Virus record (IMG/VR): IMGVR_UViG_3300019761_000008
Span: 1-51,265 of that record
Length of the DNA stretch: 51,265 nt
Reading direction: 5' to 3' (one strand)
From: a virus
Taxonomy: Duplodnaviria; Caudoviricetes
Positions 27,771 to 37,330 of the stretch are shown in pieces. The position numbers and the translations under genes were made by a program. Numbering within the stretch: position 1 is the stretch's first letter; each line of letters starts with the position of its first letter. A model generated the notes under the pieces. It was not told the DNA's origin. It made no database searches and was given only the letters and a program-made list of their open reading frames with translations.

Positions 27771-28592
27771 ATGACAACAATTAATAAATTAAACAGTAAG
27801 AAATCAGTAGACAGTACATTAAAAGCATTAAGACAAGAAGACAAGAAGCAAGCATTGTTATTAAGAAAAGTATATACACATATCATCGAGAGAGAGTATA
27901 CTACTGTACCAACTACTTCTGATGAACTATTAGCTGTATATGCAGGTAAAGAAGATATCACTGGACTTGACGCTACTCCATTACTTATGTCTATCGAGTT
28001 TACTACTACAGAGGACGAGCAACCAGCTACTGAGCAAGTATCTGTTACTACTGAGTCGACTACTGTAGAAGCAACTGATTACGACAATATGTGTCCAGCA
28101 CAACTAACAAGCATACTACTAGCTGACTTAGGTTCTGAAGTAGCTAGTGAAGTAGTTAACATGACAACTGGTCTTAAAGTTAAGCTAGATATGCTAGATG
28201 AGCTTAAAGCCCTAATGAGAACTAACTTCAGTGATATTAGACCTGAGCTACTAACAGCTAGATTAGCTAATGCATTAGCACTTACTAAGGAAGCAAAGGA
28301 TAGTAGCTTGCATACATCTAACGGTAACTTATCAGTATATGAGTTCCTTAATTCTGACAAGAGGCTTGATAGCAAGAACTATATGTTTATGGCAGACATA
28401 GAGGCAGACGCTACAGCTAGCTTAGATATTCTAATCCTAGAAGGAGCGTTAAGAAGCTACAAAGCACAAGTTGCATTAGGTGCATTACCTGTACCACCAA
28501 AAGAGCTTATCCTAGCAGTGTCTAAAACTATCAACGGCGTAGTTGAGGTTACTGAAGATAACAAGCAGAAAGTAGCAGGTATGACATTCTAG
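27771..28592 (+). CDS. Hypothetical early protein (273 aa), possible polymerase partner
   Basis: Directly upstream of the polymerase-like gene; both have an AAAGAGAGA leader. Confidence 0.65.
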   Translation: MTTINKLNSKKSVDSTLKALRQEDKKQALLLRKVYTHIIEREYTTVPTTSDELLAVYAGKEDITGLDATPLLMSIEFTTTEDEQPATEQVSVTTESTTVEATDYDNMCPAQLTSILLADLGSEVASEVVNMTTGLKVKLDMLDELKALMRTNFSDIRPELLTARLANALALTKEAKDSSLHTSNGNLSVYEFLNSDKRLDSKNYMFMADIEADATASLDILILEGALRSYKAQVALGALPVPPKELILAVSKTINGVVEVTEDNKQKVAGMTF

Positions 28593-28666
28593 ACACCGCA
28601 CAGTTGAGTAGGGACTAAGCCCTACATAAACCACTTACCATTACCATTATAAAGAGAGAGAAAACA

Positions 28667-30364
28667 ATGTTACCAAAGATACTAAACAAAGAACTTAACA
28701 GATTATCAGTGCTATCAGATAGCAAAATAGCAGAATTCCTTGAAGCTTCAGTTACTACAGGCGATACTATTCCAATGTTAGTCGGTAGAGTAGCTAATAT
28801 ATTACTAGCTACTAAAGCAATTAGGAGCATCAACAATGGTACGTATAACTTCAAGAAAGTACTACTAATCCGAATCAGTCAAGTAGCTAAAGACCTTGAT
28901 TTCGATACAGTAAGCGAGACTAAGGTATCTATAGCTAAGGATGGTGGATTAGTATGTCACGATGTAATTACAATCATTGGAGAACAAGAAAAGAAGCAGT
29001 ATAATAAGTCTTGGTACAGCGAGCCTGAGGATTTTCAAGACTATGTTATCCTTAAGGGCAGTAATCGTAAGTTCACTAACAACAGTACTGACCTACTAGA
29101 AGAGAAGCTAGCTATACCTATGATGGTTAAGAATATCGACCCTATGTTTGTTGACCTATATACAGTACTACTTTATGAGGATAACAAAACTAAGGTTAAC
29201 GATAGTAACTACCACGGTAGACTGCTTGAAGTAGCTGAGTGGACTAAGTGCAAGCTTGGTCAGGAGTACTCTAACTACCGTAAGCTTGACTCTAACTCAC
29301 GTAACTATCCACTTAACCGATATGGCTTTGCATACGAGTATGGTGACGCTTTCGAGAAGTGGCTTATCGAACCAGCTACTCCTTGGCTAGTTGATGATAA
29401 CGAAGTGGAGCTTGCTAAGAAGTATCTCAGTGATGAGTTCAAGTGTAAGCAATATGATACTCTAGTTAACAACGCTAAGGACAAGGTAATCGAAGCGTTA
29501 GCTGATTTCGAACTATACCAAGCTGGCAAGATAGTGGACTTCAGTATCACGCATAAGGAACTTGGTAAGCTACTGCATATCATTGACGTGAATGAGAACA
29601 TCATCGAGAATGTAGGCAATTATACTACTTCTTGTGTATCATTCGACTTTACTAACTCTGGTGGAATCAACGCAGCTAACCAGTTTGGCGATGAGAAGTT
29701 TATGAATGCTACTAACTTACTAGGTAACGATAAGTTTGATACTCATCAAGCTGTAGCTAACCATCTTGGCCTTATCCGTGACGACGCTAAGTCAGTTATG
29801 CAAGGTCCTAACCACGGTGGTCGAGTAGTTGACGAGCACGTTGATATGGTTGAAGCAATCTTCGGAGAGCGGTACAAGTACATTCATATGATGTCTCAGT
29901 ACGGCATGAAGATAGCCGACGCAGGTATCACTGAAGTAACTATCGAGCGACCTGATGGTGTATGTGCAGTATGGTATCCTTACTCTATCAACTGTCCAGT
30001 ACCTATGGAGGATGGTAGTGTAGTTGACGCTATTATGCCATATAACTCAGCTATCGGTAAAGCTAAGCACAGAGGACTAGCAGTATCTATCCTACACTCA
30101 GCGGACGCATTCACTGAGCACTACATCCAATCTAACTTACTAGCTATGGGTATTCATACTAAGACTACTTTGGACAACTTCTACGGTAAACCATCTATTA
30201 AGGAACTAGTTATCGAATTAACTTTCGAAGCACTGGAAATCATGGAGGGCTATGCAGAGCGACAACTGCAGTCAATCGAACGGCAAACTGGTATCCTTAG
30301 GGACGGCAACTGGCAACTACCTGAGCGAACTCACGCATTAGTAGTTAACGATAACATTATGTAA
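28667..30364 (+). CDS. Divergent single-subunit T7/N4-RNAPII-like polymerase
   Basis: DSNSRNY (DxxGR), FDFTNSG (motif A), RDDAK-x7-HG (motif B), LHSADA, TLDNF (motif C) in the expected order. Confidence 0.8.
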   Translation: MLPKILNKELNRLSVLSDSKIAEFLEASVTTGDTIPMLVGRVANILLATKAIRSINNGTYNFKKVLLIRISQVAKDLDFDTVSETKVSIAKDGGLVCHDVITIIGEQEKKQYNKSWYSEPEDFQDYVILKGSNRKFTNNSTDLLEEKLAIPMMVKNIDPMFVDLYTVLLYEDNKTKVNDSNYHGRLLEVAEWTKCKLGQEYSNYRKLDSNSRNYPLNRYGFAYEYGDAFEKWLIEPATPWLVDDNEVELAKKYLSDEFKCKQYDTLVNNAKDKVIEALADFELYQAGKIVDFSITHKELGKLLHIIDVNENIIENVGNYTTSCVSFDFTNSGGINAANQFGDEKFMNATNLLGNDKFDTHQAVANHLGLIRDDAKSVMQGPNHGGRVVDEHVDMVEAIFGERYKYIHMMSQYGMKIADAGITEVTIERPDGVCAVWYPYSINCPVPMEDGSVVDAIMPYNSAIGKAKHRGLAVSILHSADAFTEHYIQSNLLAMGIHTKTTLDNFYGKPSIKELVIELTFEALEIMEGYAERQLQSIERQTGILRDGNWQLPERTHALVVNDNIM

Positions 30365-30401
30365 TGTAACCCGTAACTGGGTTATGTTACTTTTATTTTT
30401 T
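30361..30401 (+). terminator. Intrinsic terminator
   Basis: GTAATGTAACCC-GTAACT-GGGTTATGTTAC plus T tract. Confidence 0.8.
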
Positions 30402-30509
30402 CCTTGTCTACCGACGGTCTCTTGACAGAGTGTCCTACTGCCGTAGTGCCTACCTTATTTTTTCTTGTTTTCTATTTAACTGTGCAAACTACACGATAAA
30501 GGAGTAACA

Positions 30510-30953
30510 ATGACAGGCACAATCATATTCTTAGCTTTCTTAGCTTTGATGGCATATCTTGATACCTACATAGGCAAATCAAGCAACAACGACCGGTACA
30601 ACAATAGCAAGTACAACGAGGACAGTAGCTATGGCGATTACGATGATGAGGACTATGAAGCAATTCCTGAGTGGAAGCTGTACACTGGTAATCTTATGTA
30701 TATGCCTGCACCACTCAAGCGTCAGTATCTTCACTCACTTGAATGGGAAGGACTCAAGCTACTACGTTTAATCGTCGCAAAGGACCGATGTGAGTGCTGT
30801 GGATCTACTACTCGACTCGAGCTTCACCACGTAACCTATGAACGGCTAACCAATGAGGACATCGACGACGTACGAATTGTATGCAGATCTTGCCATCAGA
30901 ATATACACGACAAGCTTGGCATGGATAGAACCACCAAGTACCCAATAACATAA
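30510..30953 (+). CDS. HNH (McrA-like) nuclease domain protein with N-terminal hydrophobic helix
   Basis: RCECCG...LELHH...VCRSCHQNIH. Confidence 0.7.
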   Translation: MTGTIIFLAFLALMAYLDTYIGKSSNNDRYNNSKYNEDSSYGDYDDEDYEAIPEWKLYTGNLMYMPAPLKRQYLHSLEWEGLKLLRLIVAKDRCECCGSTTRLELHHVTYERLTNEDIDDVRIVCRSCHQNIHDKLGMDRTTKYPIT

Positions 30954-31682
30954 CAAAGGAAATAATATGTACAAACTATTAAAAGAAGCTCTGGCAGATA
31001 TTACAGAGCTATATAGATTACACCCAACAGAGGAGAACGCGGAATTACTCAATCAAGCCGAGGAGCACTTAGCTACTTGCGAGGAAAGCTACCCTGAATT
31101 AGCCAACGCTGATTCTACGGACATAGCTATACTTGAAGGACTAGATGCTTCAGCTGAGGCGCTATCCGAACATGACCTTGAATTACTACGTAAGATGGGT
31201 CTATAAGGAACTACAATGAAACTAAGAGAAGCACTATACTCAGGTAGTGAAGCACGAGTAGGCGACTTATGTCAACGAATAAGTCCTAACAGAAACACAG
31301 TAAAACAAGGAGACATTATGTACGTACTGGTAAGCTACTGCTTGATAACCAATACACCACCTGAAGTCGTTAAGACATTCAGCCAAAAGAAACTAGCTAC
31401 AAGAGCTAAACACAAATACCTACGAAGTAGAGGAAAGCACTACCTTTTTGGTAGAAGTTTTAAATACAAAGTATTAAAACATCATCAATTTTATCTTAGA
31501 CACTGGCAATAAAAAGGAGGCACCATGAGTTTAGCACTAATAGGAATAGTTATCATGGGATTCCTAAACTACGTCTTTGCCGGAACAATGAGTGGTATGG
31601 TTATAGCTATGGGTGTATCCTTCCTTATTGGAGTATACCTATACTTCTCACCACCTAAACTAATGGCTTAAAGGAGCTTACA

Positions 31683-32075
31683 ATGGCAGTATTAGATTTT
31701 TACCATTTAGGTACAGAGGCAACTGACAGAACACCACTCAACCAAGAATGTAGAGACTATGTATTCAATTTGTTCGTAGAAGCAAGTAAAAGAGGTGTAA
31801 GATGCTTAGTAAATGACTGTCCTGTAATGGAGAGTCCTATGATGCTATTCTGTAAACTTAGAGGGGAGTACGAGAATATTCCGGAATGGCATGCGATTAC
31901 ACTACGTACATTCCAACTTATTGAAGATATTTTAGATAACCCCAATAAGTGCAGAACAAGCATGCAAATATCATTCGAAGAACATTTCTCTGTGGAAGAA
32001 AAGCAGGCTATAAGAGATACGATAAACAAAATATATACTAACCCTTGGAAGTACCGATATAAGGAGGTATCATGA
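31683..32075 (+). CDS. Hypothetical protein
   Basis: AAAGGAG RBS; one of many small early/middle ORFs between 30967 and 33124. Confidence 0.55.
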   Translation: MAVLDFYHLGTEATDRTPLNQECRDYVFNLFVEASKRGVRCLVNDCPVMESPMMLFCKLRGEYENIPEWHAITLRTFQLIEDILDNPNKCRTSMQISFEEHFSVEEKQAIRDTINKIYTNPWKYRYKEVS

Positions 32076-33812
32076 TAGAATATCTATTATACACGTACAT
32101 AGCCACTGCGTTTATTGGTATAGTGCTAATAGCTTACTGCTATTTATATGACTACTCAAGAACGCCTATGGATTACTACATCTACCGAATAGTAGGTATA
32201 CTACTACTGATTCCTGTAGTAGGTTCATTGTTACTTCTGTTTTTTATTATGTTTGTAATAGCAGATAGTATCATAGACTATAAGGAGAACTACAATGATG
32301 TACACCCCGAATAACGACTCTTCTGACTTCTTCCACATGCTAGCTGACATACTCGAAGCTAGGGAAGCGGAGTACGAAGCACAGCAAAACTACATCAAAT
32401 TTTGTAAGGAGCAAACCGCCCAATATTACAGCAAAAAGAATCATATTAGGTTCAAACTAAAAAGGAAAAGACATGCAAGGTAAATCATACTACGACAAGT
32501 TAGGCAAGATGCCTACAAAGCAACTCAAAGTAGCTCTTAAAACAAAAAGTGGTGTACGTAGAAACCCATCCGTAGCTGACATCAGAACAGCCATAAGTGA
32601 GCAAGACATTACAGGTTGCTACACGCATAGACAACATAGGAACATATCATGATACGTTTACTATCAGGTACTGTACTCATGTTAATGGCGATGACTATGG
32701 GCGGTCTACACGTAGCCTTTACAGGGGACGTAACTTTAGCACAAGCAGTTGCCCGTCTTGAACACGTTAATGTCTTTTTACTTGGACTATTTTTATTCGT
32801 AACAGGTGTAGAAGATAAGGTTGGTTCAAAAAGTAGGCCTGCTTTTGTACTACTAAATAATTTAAAGGATAAATAATGGAAATAACTATTAACTATACAG
32901 GTGGGGATAACAACCCTGAAGTAAAAGAGGCGGTAGAAGCTTTAGGCTTCATACCCAACGATAAGATGTACTTCCGTTGGTCTGCTGATACTACTTTAGA
33001 AAATCTGTGCCTGCTGGTAAACGAGCTAGATACTTATGTCTGTACCCTAAGAACAGGGTTTAATAAACATAAGGAGGTAATCTACTCTTTGGACTTATCC
33101 GAAAACCGTAACTTAAAACCTTAAAAGATTGGAATACACGCAGGACTCCTAATCGAGTCTTGTACTATGTGTTTGTTTCCAGTACTGCATAACGGCGGCT
33201 AGGCCATTTCAACACGTAACAGGTGTAGACACAGCATAGGCAACGCCAATAAGCCCTTATACCCGTAGAATCTACTACAACAAGCTAGCCTATATGTGGC
33301 TATGAACAACTACTCTCTAATTTATACAGGTACGGACTATGCCAAGTTCGTATCTTACCTTACATTTAAGTAACTAATCTAGTTATTTATATGTGACGTA
33401 AAGAATGATAAGTAACGTACATAACATACACTACTAATGACAATATACCTCTACTTTTACATACACTACAAGGAGCAAATTATGACTAAAATTACACAAT
33501 GCAGAGATCACAATAAACCACGAAGAGTAACGCCACCTAAAGCGGTTAAGCCTATACCTACTACTAGTAGACTACCTGATGTACCTACTAAGCTCAAGCG
33601 TACTGGTAAGCTTAAGATTACTAAAAAACTTGATGTATTAGCTTCTAAGAACTTACCTTTAAATAAGTTGTTCTCATGAAAACTGGTATGCCTACTAAAG
33701 TAGCTGCCCATGTCATCAACTATGGCTGCATTGAGCAGCTTACTTGGAAAGAAGAAGAAGCTCAACCACTAACTTCAGAGGAAGTTTTGGAGTATATCAT
33801 AAAGGATAACTA

Positions 33813-34259
33813 ATGAAACTAACAACACCAGAACAAGCTAAAGCATTATGTGAAAAAGCACATGCTGGGCAATTTAGAAGGGATGGAGTTACTCCATATG
33901 TTACACATGTGATTGCTGTAGCCAATATGATGAATACACCTTATCGTAAGATATTAGCATACTTGCATGATGTTATTGAGGATACAGATTATGAATTGAC
34001 TGATTCTTGGCGGAAAAACTTAATTACTCCAGATGGAGAAGTTATTGAAATATCAGATGACTTATGGATTGATCTTAACTTGCTCACTAAAGACCCTGAC
34101 CTTACTTACGAGCAGAATATACGTCGTATCAAGGACTCAGGCCGAGCAGACCCAATTGCTGTTAAGATTGCCGATAACTGCGATAATCTATCTACAGGTA
34201 CTGGTAAACAAAAAGAGAAGTACTTAACTATATCTCTACCAATTCTACTGGAGGCCTAG
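33813..34259 (+). CDS. HD-domain hydrolase, SpoT/Mesh1-like
   Basis: AHAGQFRRDGVTPYVTH, AYLHDVIEDT, VKIADNCDNL. Confidence 0.85.
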   Translation: MKLTTPEQAKALCEKAHAGQFRRDGVTPYVTHVIAVANMMNTPYRKILAYLHDVIEDTDYELTDSWRKNLITPDGEVIEISDDLWIDLNLLTKDPDLTYEQNIRRIKDSGRADPIAVKIADNCDNLSTGTGKQKEKYLTISLPILLEA

Positions 34260-34618
34260 TACGGAAATTATAGGTTGGCTGTTTATAACAGTATTGGCTA
34301 TCGGAACGACTATCTACGCCATTAGCATTTACATGTTTGTTACAGGGTTTACGAGTAAGGAAGATGATTATCTTTGGCTTTGGACTATTCTAGCAGGACT
34401 ACTTTGGTTAGCGAGTATTAGTACCTTTCCATTTACTGTCACAATGAATTAAAGGATTAACATGAAACTCAGATTTAAAGTCGGAGACAAAGTCACTTAC
34501 AATCATTGTTTATTTGAAATAACAGGCGTAAATAAAAAGAAGAAGCAATACGACTGTAAGTATGGGCATAGTATCTCGTTTACATCACAGCATATATGGA
34601 AGCTTAAAAAGGATTAAC

Positions 34619-35803
34619 ATGACACTACAACAAATGAAAAAACTGTACGAACAAGGTAATCACATTGCGTTAGTTAAACAGCAAACTATTACACAGGACT
34701 GGTTTAAACTTCATCCAGAATTTGATGGATTTACAGATGCTAGAGAGTACCAACTCATCAACAAAAAGCACAGATACATCCTAGACGCATATTTGGATGG
34801 TTGTGAGGTTTACTTTGCAGTTATTGGTAGTAGCAAATTTATTAAAGCCGACAACTTCATTAGTAACTACTGTGAGGAGTACTCTTATTTATGTGTACCG
34901 AAGTCACTGGAGAACTGCTACTGCCTAGGCAGTAAAGAAAATTTTGATAGGCTAGTACAACACGGTTGCAAAATCAATGGATTGTGGCACGACAGAGTAG
35001 CTTACTGGTGGGTATGCCCTCAAAGAGGTATTACCCAAATATGTGAAGGAAGCCCTGCTCAATTAAGTAGCCGATATATAGAATACGATACAATTATACA
35101 AAACTGGGTATATTGCCCGAAGGAGACCGAAGATGGAACTACTAATACCAAAGCGTCTACTCAAACGGTGGATGAACCGAGCAAAGAGCAAGTCTCACTT
35201 AGCCTAGTGGATCCTATTGTACCTATAAACAACTTCGAAGAGTACGGCTTCACTGCTGTTAATACAAGACTAAGAGGTACTATCTATGAAGAAGTATACT
35301 GTGACAGAGGTCATGATACATCTTTTTACGGGAAAGTATTTAACTTGCGTTCTGATGCTCCTATGAGTGTAACTTGGGATGAAAAAGGTACCTGTTCATT
35401 TAAAGATGAAGGAACTTACGATCTCACACCAATCGTGAAGGAAGTTTACCCTATATTTAAGAAGAGTCTTATTACAGATACTATATTCAGACTAGACTCA
35501 GACGAAGAGTATGTTGTTGTTCTTTCAAGACTGCTAGGAGAAATTGGAGCTGAGTACTCTCCTATGAGTAGCTTAGATGATGTTCCGTACGACACTGAAC
35601 GAGGTCTTTACCACGGTCAGCCAGTGTGGTTACATGCGCCTTATGAAACATCTATACGATTTTACACCGTAGAGTATGAATCTGTAATGGACAAAGAAAA
35701 AGAACTAATATCTACTATAGACTGCACTATAGAACCAATCCCACTCGAAGCACTTAAAAACATGCCTTGGGTGTGGGAACAATATAAGGCCTTAGAGCTA
35801 TAG
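34619..35803 (+). CDS. Modular hypothetical protein
   Basis: Likely start 34619 (AAAAGGA RBS). Confidence 0.6.
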   Translation: MTLQQMKKLYEQGNHIALVKQQTITQDWFKLHPEFDGFTDAREYQLINKKHRYILDAYLDGCEVYFAVIGSSKFIKADNFISNYCEEYSYLCVPKSLENCYCLGSKENFDRLVQHGCKINGLWHDRVAYWWVCPQRGITQICEGSPAQLSSRYIEYDTIIQNWVYCPKETEDGTTNTKASTQTVDEPSKEQVSLSLVDPIVPINNFEEYGFTAVNTRLRGTIYEEVYCDRGHDTSFYGKVFNLRSDAPMSVTWDEKGTCSFKDEGTYDLTPIVKEVYPIFKKSLITDTIFRLDSDEEYVVVLSRLLGEIGAEYSPMSSLDDVPYDTERGLYHGQPVWLHAPYETSIRFYTVEYESVMDKEKELISTIDCTIEPIPLEALKNMPWVWEQYKALEL

Positions 35804-36141
35804 GAGGAATTATGTCATCAGGATTTACAGGATTGTGGTTTGATTGTAGAGCCACTATGCGTAGATGCTTCTTTGGAGGATATAATGTGAGCGTTTACCA
35901 AACAGGTGCTTATGAAACATCTAATATCATAACTACAAGAGAACGTCACCAAGTAACAATACACTTTAAAAGTAAGTTTAGAGCTATGCTGTATAGAGCA
36001 CGCATCAATAAGCAACAACGACCTACAATACCGGAAGGAGTTGGTTAATGTACGACCCAATACCAGCCTCCTTCGAGGAGCTGCTTTGGTCAGTAGGAGA
36101 ATTGGAACGACTCCTGTAAAATAACTAGGTTCCACCTGAAT

Positions 36142-36231
36142 GGGGGATTCCGTTGGTAAGGCGGTCTCTATGAGGCTTTCTGTATCGTTTAAGTTACAGT
36201 AACAGGCTAAGTTCGAATCTTAGGTCCTCCA
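36142..36231 (+). ncRNA. tRNA-like RNA 1 (stunted anticodon arm, long extra arm)
   Basis: Acceptor GGGGGAT/GTCCTCC; D arm CCGT/GCGG; T arm CTAAG-TTCGAAT-CTTAG. Confidence 0.65.
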
Positions 36232-36237
36232 ACATAT

Positions 36238-36344
36238 GTACCTATTGACGGATTGTCACTATACTGGCCACTAGTGCTGTATAGAGTAGTTTCAATACTA
36301 TTAATCGAGGAAGGAAGCCTAGGTTCGAGTCCTAGGAGGTACCA
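36238..36344 (+). ncRNA. tRNA-like RNA 2 (expanded central region)
   Basis: Acceptor GTACCT/AGGTAC; D arm TGAC/GTCA; CTATAC/GTATAG arm; T arm CTAGG-TTCGAGT-CCTAG. Confidence 0.65.
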
Positions 36345-36347
36345 CAT

Positions 36348-36424
36348 GTTGATGTCATTTCTATTGGTAGGGTCCGCAGGGTAGTCCTGGGAAAGTAGAG
36401 TTCGATTCTCTACCATCAACACCA
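36348..36424 (+). ncRNA. tRNA-like RNA 3 (5-nt central loop, encoded CCA)
   Basis: Acceptor GTTGATG/CATCAAC plus ACCA; T arm GTAGAG-TTCGATT-CTCTAC; CAGG-GTAGT-CCTG arm. Confidence 0.7.
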
Positions 36425-36427
36425 TAT

Positions 36428-36538
36428 GCCGACTTAGCTCATTGGAGAGCAGAGCAAAAGAAGTATCGGGGTTTTACATCTTGCAATAGCAAGACTTCTC
36501 CCTATTAGCTTGTGTAGGTTCGAATCCTAGTGTCGGAA
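36428..36538 (+). ncRNA. tRNA-like RNA 4 (large insertion in anticodon arm)
   Basis: CCGAC/GTCGG acceptor; canonical TA-GCTC-ATTGGA-GAGC D arm; TAGG-TTCGAAT-CCTA T arm; inserted TCTTGC-AATA-GCAAGA hairpin. Confidence 0.7.
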
Positions 36539-36584
36539 CTAAAATCAAATTAATCATCGCCATGATGAAATCAAAGGACGTAAA

Positions 36585-36797
36585 ATGGCACAACAAGTGG
36601 AAATGAGAAGAATCTCTAAACACAAAAAACAAAGAGTAGGCGTAGTTTACGCTAATAGTAAAAGCACAAACAGAACATTAAAAGATGGTGGTCAGTATGT
36701 ATTTATCACAGGTACAGGCTCAAAAAGAAGGTCTGAAACAAAACACATGACAGAAGCTCAGGCAATTGAGTACAAAGACAGACTAGAGAGAGGGTAA
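36585..36797 (+). CDS. Small basic protein inside the tRNA-like cluster
   Basis: AAAGGA RBS; Lys/Arg-rich; followed by hairpin GAGAGAGG-GTAA-CCTTTCTC. Confidence 0.65.
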   Translation: MAQQVEMRRISKHKKQRVGVVYANSKSTNRTLKDGGQYVFITGTGSKRRSETKHMTEAQAIEYKDRLERG

Positions 36798-36810
36798 CCT
36801 TTCTCATTAA

Positions 36811-36882
36811 ACTGATGCCATCTAGCAGTTAGGGTAGCGCTACCTCATGAGGAAAACTTGGACGCAAATCCCAACATCAGTG
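36811..36882 (+). ncRNA. tRNA-like RNA 5
   Basis: Acceptor ACTGATG/CATCAGT; T-like arm TTGG-ACGCAAATC-CCAA; central CCTC-AT-GAGG. Confidence 0.5.
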
Positions 36883-36950
36883 CTAACTAGAACTGTATTC
36901 CTAGTTTAAGTACCTTTGTACCAACGCTAAGTTGGAGGGGCCTCACTTAC

Positions 36951-37001
36951 GTAACTCTACCCACACCGAGGGTACACCAAGTTTGAGTCTTGGGAGTTGC
37001 A
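36951..37001 (+). ncRNA. tRNA-like RNA 6 (no anticodon arm)
   Basis: Acceptor GTAACTC/GAGTTGC; TACCC-ACACCGA-GGGTA arm; T arm CCAAG-TTTGAGT-CTTGG. Confidence 0.5.
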
Positions 37002-37087
37002 ACCTACCGCCACCTTAATTGTAAGTCTTACATTAAATTACATATGTAAGCCACCTCGGTACAGGTGTGATGTACCAACTTTTATAT

Positions 37088-37160
37088 GTAGTATTAGCTT
37101 AATTGGTGCATAGCGGTCCTTAACTGGGATGCAGGCAGGGTTCGATTCCCGCATATTACA
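37088..37160 (+). ncRNA. tRNA-like RNA 7 (degenerate; possible AAC loop)
   Basis: Acceptor GTAGTAT/ATATTAC; TAGCTTAATTGG D arm; GTCC-TTAACTG-GGAT arm; bulged T arm GGG-TTCGATT-CCC. Confidence 0.6.
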
Positions 37161-37248
37161 TCAACTCAGTCTTGGAAGCAAGTCTGTTTAACTAGTCGTA
37201 CATCCGGTACGCACGGTCCATGTAACGTTAAACATGGAGCTTTTATAT

Positions 37249-37325
37249 GTACAAGTACCCACTCAGATGGAAAGAGAGCTACCTTTAACGAGGAGAAGAC
37301 GTTGGTTCGAATCCAACATTGTACA
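37249..37325 (+). ncRNA. tRNA-like RNA 8 (6-nt central loop)
   Basis: Acceptor GTACAA/TTGTAC; CTC/GAG D arm; CCT-TTAACG-AGG arm; T arm GTTGG-TTCGAAT-CCAAC. Confidence 0.65.
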
Positions 37326-37330
37326 ATTAA

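Noticed and set aside
36060-36120. HDV-like (theta) ribozyme next to the tRNA-like cluster
   Set aside because: CCAGCCTCCT resembles the HDV P3/L3 region, but I could not build the nested double pseudoknot.
36259-36284. Amber suppressor tRNA (CTA in element 2) and stop-codon recoding
   Set aside because: The arm geometry is non-canonical, and TAG acts as a normal stop in several intact genes (scaffold, endolysin, terL).
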